The notes under the pieces were generated by a model that was not told the DNA's origin, made no database searches, and saw only the letters and a list, made by a program, of their open reading frames with translations. From Gammaproteobacteria bacterium (GTDB taxonomy: Bacteria; Pseudomonadota; Gammaproteobacteria; Ga0077536), in NCBI GenBank assembly GCA_020845935.1, contig JADLEV010000048.1:24620-88619 (forward strand): DNA of 64,000 nucleotides, written 5' to 3'. Positions 1-9,132 of this stretch are shown in pieces; the stretch's first letter is position 1; each line of letters opens with the position of its first letter. Both the position numbers and the translations under genes were made by a program.

Positions 1-530
1 CCGTCAGTCTCGCCGCCGCTGAACGCGCGATCGGCTATCGCACGATCTTTCCGCTCGCCGGCCTGGTCATCGTGTTCGCGCTGTATACCCTGCGGGGGCT
101 GCGCCTGACCGGGGTGCTGCGCGGCCCGCTGCCTGCCGTGCTGCTCGGCGTCGCCGGCGTGTTCGCGGCCCACGCGGCGCGCGACCACGCCTTCAAGCTG
201 ATCGCCGAACCGCAGGGTCGCGAATGGGCGCTGGTGCGCGATGCGGTCGCGGCGTTTCCCTTCCCGAAAGATGCGCGGATCTACCTCATCCGGCCGACCC
301 GCGACGATCGCTCGACCGTTCGGAGCTATGCCGACGAGTTCGGCTCCTCGTCGGCCGATTCGGACTGGGTGCCGCGCGAGATGGTGCGCACCGCGCTGCG
401 CGAACGCTTTGCCGGCGCGACCCCGCCGCCGTACCGGTTCGAGTTCGGTTACGCCGAACCGCCGGCCGCCAGTTACGACCTCGTGATCGACCTGCGTGTC
501 CTGAAACGGCTGCGGCCCGGCCGCGAATGA
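1..530 (+). CDS. hypothetical protein, C-terminal part (5' end outside window)
   Basis: Frame 3 is open from base 3 to the TGA at 528-530. Track ORF 72..530 is only its Met-initiated remainder. Hydrophobic helix (GPLPAVLLGVAGVFAA) followed by a soluble tail. No family recognised. Confidence 0.45.
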   Translation, partial: VSLAAAERAIGYRTIFPLAGLVIVFALYTLRGLRLTGVLRGPLPAVLLGVAGVFAAHAARDHAFKLIAEPQGREWALVRDAVAAFPFPKDARIYLIRPTRDDRSTVRSYADEFGSSSADSDWVPREMVRTALRERFAGATPPPYRFEFGYAEPPAASYDLVIDLRVLKRLRPGRE

Positions 531-589
531 CCGCCCTGCGGGAGCCAGCGCAAGGCGCCATCACCGCTGGGCAGGGCGCCGTCCGCCGA

Positions 590-2368
590 TCAGTCGGCGG
601 CCGTGGCGACGATAGTCAGGATCTGCTGTTCGGTGCGCAGCAGCCATTCACCTTGCTGATCGAGGATGACGTGGTACAGCCAGAGCAGCCCCGCCGTCTG
701 CAGCAGTGAGAACACCAGAAACGCCGGAAAGACCTCGGTGCGGCCGCCGAGCTGCAACAGGAATTCGAGAGCGAGCGGCCAGAGCAGCAGCGTCAGCGGC
801 AACCACGACGCCAGCGTCAGCAGAAAGCGCACCACCAGGCGCAGCGTCTGGCCCGGACCGGGCATCGCCGTGCCAGTCTTGACGATGACCGGCAGGCCGA
901 TCGACAGCGCGTTGCCGATCATGCAGTTCACCAGATAGATCGCGACGATGTTGACGCAAACCGCGGCGAGATGATCCAGGCGCAGCGGCGCCAGCCAATG
1001 ACAAAAGCCGACCGCCAGCAGCATCAACGCCGCGGCGAACGGAAACAGCGCCAGATTCTTGCCGAGCAATACCTCCCGGCGCCGCAACGGCGCCAGCACG
1101 AACGCACGAAAGCCCGCCCGATCGAACGCGAACTGATTGGTCATCAAATACAACACGCTCATCAGCAACATGAACGCCGCACCCACCATGGCCCGCAGCG
1201 CACCGCCGTAATCGCCGATCGCCGCCTCGCGCAGGCGCGCCATGCCGCCGAACAAGACCAGCATCATCAGCGGCACCAGCAAGGTCAGCTTCATTTCCGG
1301 CCGGCGCAGCAGGATCCGAAAGCTGGCGGCGGCGACCCCGGCCGCGGGCTCCAGACCCACGGGGAAACGCCAATTCCATGAACGCTCTCGGTGGTCGCGT
1401 CGCGGTGCCGGCGTTGGCGAGGTCGCGCGCGCGTCGGGCGTCGCGATGAAATGCCCCTGATACATCCGCAGCGTCGTGCGATACGAGCGGCCGAGACTCC
1501 AGAGGCCGATCAGGATCATGCCGCTCAGGCAGCCGAGCGCGGGCACGACTCGCCGCTCCATGGAGCTCGCGGCACCATACGCGAGCCAGCCCGGCGGCAG
1601 GATCGCCGTCGCGAGGCGCACGCGCGCCTGCAACACGAAGATGTCCTCGGCCGACATCCGGCGCCGATGGCGATCGGGACCGGCTTCGCGCTGGACGCGC
1701 TCGGCACCGGCGTTGCTCTGCTGCGCCACGGCCTCGGGACGGCGCGCCTTGTTCAGCGAGACCCACGCCGAAGGCAGCATCAGGATCACGATGAAGACTC
1801 CGGAGACGATCACGGTCAGCGTCTGCCGGCGCCGCGGACTGATCACCATGCTCGCCAGCCAGCCGCGAAACTGATGGACAAGCGCCGTCATCATCACGAA
1901 GAAGGCGCCGCTGAGCGGCAGCAGCAACGCCGCGGCCGTGCCGACTTCGAGCCACAGGCCGAGCGACAACCCAAGCATGGCGCCGCCGCAGACCAGGGTG
2001 TTGAGGCCGAGGCAGGTCACCGCGTAGTTGACGAGAAACGCACCGCGCGCCGTCATCGGCAGATGCAACAGGCGCCGCAGCGACAGTGCGTCGGACTGCT
2101 GTAAATCGGACAGCAGACCGACCAGCGCGAACAGCAGATAGAACGCCGTCACGCCAACGATGGTCAGCAGCACGGCCCCCGGTGGCTGGTGCGCCAGTGG
2201 CCCGCGGCCGAGCAGGTATCCGGTGACCAGCGCCGCCACGGCGCAGCCCGCAGCGATGAGCTGAAAGACAACGTAGATGACGAGGCTCGCCTTGCCGTGG
2301 CGCCGGGTGTGATTCAGCAGCAGCCGCCCGCGCAACCAGAGCAGCGTTCGCAGTTGCGCGGCGATCAC
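590..2368 (-). CDS. polytopic ABC-exporter permease (ABC-2-like membrane component)
   Basis: Track ORF 590..2440 is almost entirely hydrophobic helices. I place the start at the GTG at 2368-2366, which overlaps the TGA (2367-2365) of the upstream ATPase gene (GTGA coupling). Family call rests on context and topology only. Confidence 0.65.
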   Translation of the reverse strand: MIAAQLRTLLWLRGRLLLNHTRRHGKASLVIYVVFQLIAAGCAVAALVTGYLLGRGPLAHQPPGAVLLTIVGVTAFYLLFALVGLLSDLQQSDALSLRRLLHLPMTARGAFLVNYAVTCLGLNTLVCGGAMLGLSLGLWLEVGTAAALLLPLSGAFFVMMTALVHQFRGWLASMVISPRRRQTLTVIVSGVFIVILMLPSAWVSLNKARRPEAVAQQSNAGAERVQREAGPDRHRRRMSAEDIFVLQARVRLATAILPPGWLAYGAASSMERRVVPALGCLSGMILIGLWSLGRSYRTTLRMYQGHFIATPDARATSPTPAPRRDHRERSWNWRFPVGLEPAAGVAAASFRILLRRPEMKLTLLVPLMMLVLFGGMARLREAAIGDYGGALRAMVGAAFMLLMSVLYLMTNQFAFDRAGFRAFVLAPLRRREVLLGKNLALFPFAAALMLLAVGFCHWLAPLRLDHLAAVCVNIVAIYLVNCMIGNALSIGLPVIVKTGTAMPGPGQTLRLVVRFLLTLASWLPLTLLLWPLALEFLLQLGGRTEVFPAFLVFSLLQTAGLLWLYHVILDQQGEWLLRTEQQILTIVATAAD

Positions 2369-3135
2369 GACGAGGTTTCGTCGAGCCACGAGAGCGTCTG
2401 CGCCGCATCGCTGTCGGCGCCGACCTGCTCCAGAAAGCATTGTTCCAGCGAGCCGCCACGGCGGATGTCATCGAGCGCCGACTGCACCACCAGCCGGCCC
2501 TTGGCGATGATGCCGACGTGAGTACAGAGCCGTTCCACGACCTCGAGCACATGCGAGGTCAGGAATACCGTCGAGCCACGCCGCACGTAGCCGGCGAGCG
2601 TGTCGCGGATGACTCGCGAGGTCACCGCATCGACGCCCTCGAACGGTTCGTCGAGAAACAGCAGATCCGGATTCGGCAGCAACGCCGCCGCCAGCGCGAG
2701 CTTCTTCTTCATGCCGTGCGAATACTCGAGCGTCAGCTTGCGCTCGTCCTGCTCCAGCCCGAGCAGCGCCAGCAACTCGTCGATACGCCTCGCGATGGTG
2801 TCCCTCGGCATGAGATGCATGCGGCCGATGAAGGTAAGGTGCTCGCGCGCGGTCAGATGATCGAACAGCGCCAGATCCTCCGGGACGACCCCGATGCGGC
2901 GCTTGATCTCCAGCGCCTCACCACTGTCCAAAATGTCGAGCCCAAGCACGCGCGCATGGCCACTGCTCGCCGCCAGCAGCCCGGTCAACATCTTGATCGT
3001 GGTCGACTTGCCCGCGCCGTTCGGCCCGAGAAAGCCATAGAAGGTCCCGCGTTCGACCTGCAACTCCAGGCGGTCGACGGCGCGGAATTCATTGAAGTAC
3101 CGGCACAGCGCGGTGGTCCTGATCGCCAGAGTCAT
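2365..3135 (-). CDS. ABC transporter ATP-binding protein (ABC-2 type)
   Basis: Walker A GPNGAGKST, Walker B LLFLDEPFEGVD, and the H-loop region (TSHVLE) are present. Length is 256 aa. It sits directly upstream of the permease. Confidence 0.9.
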   Translation of the reverse strand: MTLAIRTTALCRYFNEFRAVDRLELQVERGTFYGFLGPNGAGKSTTIKMLTGLLAASSGHARVLGLDILDSGEALEIKRRIGVVPEDLALFDHLTAREHLTFIGRMHLMPRDTIARRIDELLALLGLEQDERKLTLEYSHGMKKKLALAAALLPNPDLLFLDEPFEGVDAVTSRVIRDTLAGYVRRGSTVFLTSHVLEVVERLCTHVGIIAKGRLVVQSALDDIRRGGSLEQCFLEQVGADSDAAQTLSWLDETSS

Positions 3136-3399
3136 CGTCGTCCCTTGCGGATGGAATCCGCGGACGAGTACCGCATGGCGGGATGGTGTGCGTCAAGCAT
3201 CGCACACCGCAGGATCCGTTCCCGACCAGCAAGCCCTGTTTGCAGCGGATCAGATCCGGGCAGTACTCCGGGTCATTGCGGAATCGCAGCGATGCAAGAC
3301 CGTGCCCGTTGCGTCACGGTCGTCGCATGGTCGGATGAGGATCAATGCTGCGTTGGAAGCGCCGCCGGCTTGATTCGAAGGCGATTCCCTGAGGATCGG

Positions 3400-5772
3400 T
3401 CAGGCGCGGCCTTCCATCTTGTCCATCAGGGCCGAGATCGCGCGGTCGAAGATCGGGTCCGGTTCGGCCTTGATGATCTTGATGCGACCCTGCCGGATGC
3501 CTTCGGCCAGTTCGGGCAGCGCCGTGTCGAGTGCGCGCGCGCCTTCCTTGGTGGTGAACAGCAATCGTCCCGAGTTCGGGCTGATCCAGGTGAAACGGCC
3601 ACGCACCTCGGTGCCCAGCGCGTTGCGAAACTCGATCCAATCACCGAGGTCGAGGTCCTCCACGCTGACGGCACGAGTGCCCGCGTCGGGTTCCGGTTGC
3701 CCGACCGGTTCCGGAGCGACGTCGAAGTCGATCGCCGTGGCCGCCGCGGTCAAATCGATATCGACTTCCTCGACGACCAGGCCATCGCGTTCGAACAACC
3801 GTTTCATGCCTTCCTTGATGAACGCGTCGTCGTGCGGCTGTGCCTCGCCTGGGGCAGCGGCGACGGGGGCCTCCGCGACGCGCTCGATGTGCTTCGGCGC
3901 CGTTTCCGCGATGCGGGTCTCTTCCGCGCGCTTGACGGCGACGACATGGACGCTCGCCAGCATGCTGAGAAACTTCGAGGCCTCGCGCGGCGGCATGTTC
4001 AGTGCCGCCATGCCGGTGCGCAACCGCTTCAGCAGACCGCGCAAGCCAGCCGACAGCACACGACGTTCCTCGGGCGTGCTCGGTTCCCGCAGGCTCTGAA
4101 ACAGGTCGACCACGGTCTGCAACTGCTGCCGCCATGGCTCGCTGGCGATGCCGTGTTCGACAAAGGTCAGCACCATCAACTGGCGCCAGTAATCCAGCAC
4201 GAACTGTCTGGCGAACTCGCGAACCTCGGGGTCCTCGAGATGAGGCTTCAAGGTGTCATCGACGGCCAGCCGGGCCAGCACCAGCCGTTCCTTCAGGTGC
4301 AGTGATTTTGCGGACCGGTCGGCGCGTTCGGCCGCGGCTCGGCGCGCCTGTTCGGTGAACGCCTGAAACTCCGCCAGCGTCGCGGCGAACACCGCGATAT
4401 CATCGTCGAAGTCGTGACAGATCCTGGCGACGACCCGCTCGACCTCGACGAACAGCGCGTCGCGCGCCTGCGCACCACTCTCGCTGCAACCTATCGCGGC
4501 CTCGGCGAGCGTATCGAGCAGCCGCCGCGCGGGATGGGTCTTGCGGGAGAACAACTCCTTGTCGAGCAGCGCCACCTTCAGCACCGGGATCTGCAACCGG
4601 CCAATGACCGCCTTCAGCGCATCCGGAATCGATCGGTCATTGAAGAAATAATCGAACAGGATCGCGACGATCTCGATCGTCGTGGAATCCGTCTGGTTCA
4701 TCGCGCCGACCAGAACGTCCCCGCGCAACGCATGAAGATGATTGAGCACGGTTGGCGACACATTGCCCATACCATGGGCGTCGACAGCGCCGTAACCGCC
4801 TCGCTGCAGATCCGTGAGCTTCGCCACCAGTTGCGGCGTATTCCAGACGGTCGCGCCGGCGGAAGCACCATGGGCCTGTGTCGCGCCACCGACGCCCTGA
4901 CCGACGCCCTGACCGACGCCCGCACCGCCATAGCCGATGCCCCCGGCAACAAAGCCCCGACCACCGTTGCCACCGGCGGTCGGCGCCATCAATTGCTGCA
5001 ATGCGGAAAACACATCGCCGCTTTCCGCGCTCGCCGTGCCCGCTTCGCTCTCGATGGTGATGCGCGTGCGACCGCTCGGGGCATTCGCCCGGACTTCGGT
5101 CTTTATCTTGGGTAACACGCCTTCGCCGATCAGGTACTGGTTGATATCGTGGTAGACACGATTCATTTCCGTGCAGAGGAAACGATCGAGCAACTTGTAC
5201 AGCGTCAGCTTGACTTCGATGTCGGTCTCGAACTGCTGGCATGCGGCGCGAAACGCATGGCCGATGAGCTCCGGCCGCAGCGGATTCTTGGAGCGGACGA
5301 GATCCTGATCGCACAGGATCGAGCCGATGCGGCGATCCAGGGCATAGAGCTCTTCACGGCATTGCGTCTTGATCTTTTCGACGACATTGTTGATGGCCAG
5401 TTCTTCCTCCATGTCCTGCGCCGCCAGCAATGCCAGCTCCATATCCTGGGTCGAGGCGAAGGAGGCGCGGCCGCCAACCGCCGCCAGCGGATCGATCGTG
5501 TCCTCGTACGATTGTGCGAAATGCGCCAGGAATGCACGCTCGATATCGCCGCGCTGCAGCCGCAGCTCGCGCATGGCGTCGAAGAATGTGCTCTGCCGCG
5601 ATGACGATTCGGCCCTTTCCGCGCTGGTGAACAACACGTCGTCCGCCGTGCTCATGACTTGCTGGATCACGGCCGGCAGGCGCGCGCTGGCGATCTGCTT
5701 GCATTCATCAAGCAGCTTCGCCGACTTCGCGGTCATGAATCGGGCAACGTTGATCTGCTGCTGAATGGCCAT
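3400..5772 (-). CDS. DUF1631 family protein
   Basis: The N-terminal pattern (LPAVIQQVMSTADDVLF...STFFDAMRELRLQR) and the ~790 aa size match my recollection of DUF1631. There is a Gly-rich low-complexity linker in the middle. The ATG at 5772 is preferred over the track's TTG at 5784. Confidence 0.7.
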   Translation of the reverse strand: MAIQQQINVARFMTAKSAKLLDECKQIASARLPAVIQQVMSTADDVLFTSAERAESSSRQSTFFDAMRELRLQRGDIERAFLAHFAQSYEDTIDPLAAVGGRASFASTQDMELALLAAQDMEEELAINNVVEKIKTQCREELYALDRRIGSILCDQDLVRSKNPLRPELIGHAFRAACQQFETDIEVKLTLYKLLDRFLCTEMNRVYHDINQYLIGEGVLPKIKTEVRANAPSGRTRITIESEAGTASAESGDVFSALQQLMAPTAGGNGGRGFVAGGIGYGGAGVGQGVGQGVGGATQAHGASAGATVWNTPQLVAKLTDLQRGGYGAVDAHGMGNVSPTVLNHLHALRGDVLVGAMNQTDSTTIEIVAILFDYFFNDRSIPDALKAVIGRLQIPVLKVALLDKELFSRKTHPARRLLDTLAEAAIGCSESGAQARDALFVEVERVVARICHDFDDDIAVFAATLAEFQAFTEQARRAAAERADRSAKSLHLKERLVLARLAVDDTLKPHLEDPEVREFARQFVLDYWRQLMVLTFVEHGIASEPWRQQLQTVVDLFQSLREPSTPEERRVLSAGLRGLLKRLRTGMAALNMPPREASKFLSMLASVHVVAVKRAEETRIAETAPKHIERVAEAPVAAAPGEAQPHDDAFIKEGMKRLFERDGLVVEEVDIDLTAAATAIDFDVAPEPVGQPEPDAGTRAVSVEDLDLGDWIEFRNALGTEVRGRFTWISPNSGRLLFTTKEGARALDTALPELAEGIRQGRIKIIKAEPDPIFDRAISALMDKMEGRA

Positions 5773-6022
5773 GTCTTTGCACAAGCGCCGTTGCGCTCTC
5801 CGCTGATAAAGTAAGCTGCCTTGGGTCCTGCTCCCTATGTCGGCTTCCTGCCGCTAATCAATAGCGGCCGGTTTCGGATTCCGCCATGCCGGGTGTGCCA
5901 GAGCGTGAAGCAGCGCACGAATTGCCGCGCGACCGGAGAAAATACCGGCGGCCGCGGGGTCCATCAGGATCGAATGGCATCGGCCGCGCCCGCCATTTCT
6001 TGAGGGTGACCGAATCCAGAAT

Positions 6023-6119
6023 CTCTGTCCCTCCTGGACTTGTGCAGAGTCGCCCGGTCCGGGCTCCGCTGCAGCAAGCACCCAGATGCTTGATGCGCGC
6101 GCGTGGCAAGGCGGGAGCG
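6023..6119 (+). repeat. intergenic repeat family, copy A (left hairpin arm partly deleted)
   Basis: CTGGACTTGTGCAGAGTCGCCCGGTCCGG...GCAGCAAGCAC..GCTTGATGCGCG aligns at about 80% with copy B (42145-42264). It shares the hairpin module with copy C (52101-52166). Confidence 0.7.
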
Positions 6120-6143
6120 AACCGTGCCGGCGACCGGCGCGGG

Positions 6144-6466
6144 TTATCGCGCTGGCGCGGCGGCGCCTTGACGATAGACGATTTCTCCTTCGATCAGCGT
6201 CATCCGAACCTGAACGCCGTGGACCTCGGTGATCGGGATGGTGAACGGATTGCGATCGACGACCACGAGATCGGCGAGCATGCCGCGCTCGATGACTCCG
6301 GCCAGTCGGAACCGGGCACGACCAGGGCGCCGGCATTGATGGCGTCCCGCAGCGGAATCCAGCGGCGCATGCGCTCCTGGCCGACTGCCTTTTCGATATC
6401 CGGAATGATCGGATTCGGAAACCAGATGTAGGGCGACATCTCAAGCAGACAAAGCAGGACACCCAT
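6144..6466 (-). pseudogene. amidohydrolase-family gene remnant (N-terminally truncated, internal deletion plus frameshift)
   Basis: Track ORF 6200..6466 reads ...RWIPLRDAINAGALVVPGSDWP. From about 6296 a different frame continues GVIERGMLADLVVVDRNPFTIPITEVHGVQVRMTLIEGEIVYRQ to a stop at 6144-6146. This is the typical amidohydrolase C-terminus, but about 110 codons survive where I would expect several hundred. Confidence 0.6.
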
Positions 6467-6600
6467 CCTGTCAAGCCAGGAAAGGAGGACTCAAAACACC
6501 AGGGGCGAGGCAAGTCTCTGTTCCGTAAACGACCCAGGTGCCGTTCAAGGCACCTAGTCCTGCACCAACACTGCGCATCAATCCGCGGTGCGGCAAAAGA

Positions 6601-7017
6601 CTAGGGCGTCTGCCGCTTGCGCGCCGGCGGACCATCCACCTTTTCGAAGGTCTTGAACCAGCAGCGTTGCAGGCCGCTCGGGCCGTCGACAACGATGGAG
6701 CTGAACCGGTCGACCTGGTTCATGCCGTCGGTGACGATGCCGATCGCCTCGCTGAACGGCAAATCCAGGCACGGTGCCAAGAACGAGGCGTAATACCACT
6801 CGCGGACGCCCACCTTGAGATAGATACCCTGCGCGCCATTGTTCTGCCAGCTATCGATCCGATGCGGCAGATCGGCGAAATTGATGACGGCGCGCTCGTG
6901 CGGGCCATGGCCGGTGTCGTCCTCCGGTTGCGCATCCGCCTCGGCGGTACGCGCCATGTGCGGCAATCCCAGGGCGACGAGCACGACCATGGTGCAAGAG
7001 ATGATGGGTCTATTCAT
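6601..7017 (-). CDS. small exported protein, DUF6491-like
   Basis: Signal-like N-terminus (MVVLVALGLPHMARTAEA). The core IDSW...YLKVGVREWYYASFLAPCLDLPFSEAIG...IVVDG...RCW fits my memory of DUF6491. This is a tentative family call. Confidence 0.5.
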   Translation of the reverse strand: MNRPIISCTMVVLVALGLPHMARTAEADAQPEDDTGHGPHERAVINFADLPHRIDSWQNNGAQGIYLKVGVREWYYASFLAPCLDLPFSEAIGIVTDGMNQVDRFSSIVVDGPSGLQRCWFKTFEKVDGPPARKRQTP

Positions 7018-7368
7018 TGCTGTCTCCTCCAGTCAGACGACAGATGAGTTGAAGGACAAATGCTCCGGCTCGACCACAAGAACGCGCGAGGCTGGGACGC
7101 TATGTACATCAGCACGTATCACGCCGTGCAGACGAGGCTCGAGTTGTGTCGCCCTTCCCAGCGCGTGCCGCTTCTAGGCAAGCGTGGCTTGCGTGGCATA
7201 CGACCTCCTTGTCCCTTGTCGATGCCATGCAATCGCTTCCTGCGACGTGTGCACCCTATCACGGCGACCAATGATGCTCAGTTGTCACCGACCCCCTTAC
7301 TGATCAGCCCGCGCACCGCGGCATATCCGAAACTCGTTCCGGCGTTCCGTCGGTATGATCGCGCCAGT

Positions 7369-8652
7369 ATGAATACGATCTTTCTCACCATCGTTCTCAT
7401 TGCCTTTGGCGCGGCTGCGTGGCGCGAGTTGGGCCATGTCCCACAAGACGGTGTCGCGTCGCCGATGGCGGTGCTTTCTCAGGATCTGGTCGCGGCCTCC
7501 GGCAGCGCCGTCGAACTCGCGATCGGCCTGGTCGGCACGATGACCTTGTTTCTCGGTTTGATGAAGGTCGCCGAGGCCGGCGGCATGCTGACCATCATTG
7601 CCCGACTGATCCGGCCGCTGCTGGCGCGGCTGTTCCCTGACGTGCCGCCGGATCATCCGGCGATGGGCGCGATGGTGTTGAACCTGTCGGCCAACGTGCT
7701 CGGGCTGGGCAACGCGGCGACGCCGTTCGGCATCCGTGCGATGCAGGAACTCGACAAGCTGAACACCCGGCCGGGTGTCGCGACCGATGCGATGGCGCTG
7801 TTCCTCGCGATCAATACGTCGAGCGTGACGCTGCTGCCGACCGGCGTCATCGCGTTGCGCGCCGCCGCTGGCTCCGCCGATCCGGCGGCCATTCTGCCGA
7901 CCACGCTGTTCGCCACAATCTGCTCGACCTCGGTCGCGATCGCCGCGGCGTTTCTGTTGCGGCGGTTGGCGCCGCTGCCACCGGCCGACCCCGCCACGGC
8001 AACGATCGAGCGGCCGTGGCTGCATGAGACGGGCACGCCTCCGGCCGCACCCGGCAGCTATCCTCTGTGGGTGTCGGTGCTCGCGCTTGGCTTCGTGCTG
8101 GGTCTCGTGCCACTGACCGTCGTTTATGGCCGTGCGATCGCGCCCTGGGTGATACCGCTGCTCATCGCCGGCTTTCTTTCGTTCGGCGCGCTGCGCCGCG
8201 TGCGCGTCTACGAGACCTTCGTCGAGGGCGCCAAGGAGGGCTTCCAGGTCGCGCTGCGGATCATTCCGTATCTGGTCGCCATCCTGGTTGCGGTCGCAAT
8301 GTTCCGCGCCAGCGGCGCGCTGGACGTCCTGGTCGGCGCGCTCGGCCCCGTCACCGCGCGTTTCGGTCTGCCCGCCGAAGCCTTGCCGATGGCACTGCTG
8401 CGGCCGCTGTCCGGCTCCGGCGCCTATGGGGTGCTGGCATCGCTGATCAACGATCCGGCGATTGGCCCGGACAGCTACACCGGACTGCTGGTTTCGACGT
8501 TGCAGGGATCGAGTGAAACGACCTTCTACGTGCTCGCCGTCTACTTCGGTGCCGTGCAGATCCGCCGCGTCCGCCACACGCTCGCCACCGGCCTCATCGC
8601 TGACGTCGCCGCGGTGGTCGCCGCGGTCGCGATTTGCTCGTGGCTGTTCTGA
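7369..8652 (+). CDS. nucleoside-recognition domain membrane protein (fused SpmA/SpmB-like)
   Basis: The start is the ATG at 7369 (MNTIFLTIVLIAFGAAAW). The 103 codons upstream in track ORF 7060.. look non-coding. It is a polytopic protein, with LSANVLGLGNAATPFGIRAMQEL and LRPLSGSGAYGVL typical of the family. Confidence 0.75.
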   Translation: MNTIFLTIVLIAFGAAAWRELGHVPQDGVASPMAVLSQDLVAASGSAVELAIGLVGTMTLFLGLMKVAEAGGMLTIIARLIRPLLARLFPDVPPDHPAMGAMVLNLSANVLGLGNAATPFGIRAMQELDKLNTRPGVATDAMALFLAINTSSVTLLPTGVIALRAAAGSADPAAILPTTLFATICSTSVAIAAAFLLRRLAPLPPADPATATIERPWLHETGTPPAAPGSYPLWVSVLALGFVLGLVPLTVVYGRAIAPWVIPLLIAGFLSFGALRRVRVYETFVEGAKEGFQVALRIIPYLVAILVAVAMFRASGALDVLVGALGPVTARFGLPAEALPMALLRPLSGSGAYGVLASLINDPAIGPDSYTGLLVSTLQGSSETTFYVLAVYFGAVQIRRVRHTLATGLIADVAAVVAAVAICSWLF

Positions 8653-8709
8653 TTCGTTCGCCACGGCAATGCCCACCCGTCCGCCGGCCAGAGCGGCAAA
8701 CCGCGGCGG

Positions 8710-9132
8710 CTATTCGCCTACCAGTTGCACGATCACGGTCCGTTCTCGCGCCCGCGTGTCGAAGTCGAGCAGCACCAGTTGCTGCCAGGTGCCGAGCGCC
8801 AGCGCGCCGCCATTGAACGGGATCGTGATCGACGCACCCTGCAGTTGTGCGCGCAGATGGCTGTGGCCGTTGTCCTCGCCGGGATTGCGCGTGTTGTGCT
8901 GCCAGGCCGGGTCCGGCGGTACCAATTGGCGCCACAGGGTCTTGGTGTCAGCCCGAATGCCGGGTTCGTCCTCGATGATCAATACCGACGCCGTCGTGTG
9001 CTGCACGAACACCGTGGCGATACCAACCGCCAGGCCGGATGCGCGCACCGCGTCCTGCACCGTCGCGGTGATGTTCTCCAGGTCGGTATCGCCGCGCATC
9101 GCGATGCGCAGCGTATGACTGCAGACTGTCAT
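8710..9132 (-). CDS. yjbQ: YjbQ/UPF0047 family protein (secondary thiamine-phosphate synthase-like)
   Basis: 140 aa. VFVQHTTASVLIIEDEPGIRAD...GHSHLRAQLQGASITIPF is the family signature. Its ATG overlaps the stop of the upstream HD gene by 4 nt. Confidence 0.85.
   Translation of the reverse strand: MTVCSHTLRIAMRGDTDLENITATVQDAVRASGLAVGIATVFVQHTTASVLIIEDEPGIRADTKTLWRQLVPPDPAWQHNTRNPGEDNGHSHLRAQLQGASITIPFNGGALALGTWQQLVLLDFDTRARERTVIVQLVGE

Noticed and set aside
4889-4920. 12-bp tandem repeat (CGACGCCCTGAC x2.7) inside the DUF1631 gene
   Set aside because: It is in-frame and encodes the GVGQGVGQGVGG part of a Gly-rich linker. This is ordinary low-complexity slippage, not a mobile or regulatory element.
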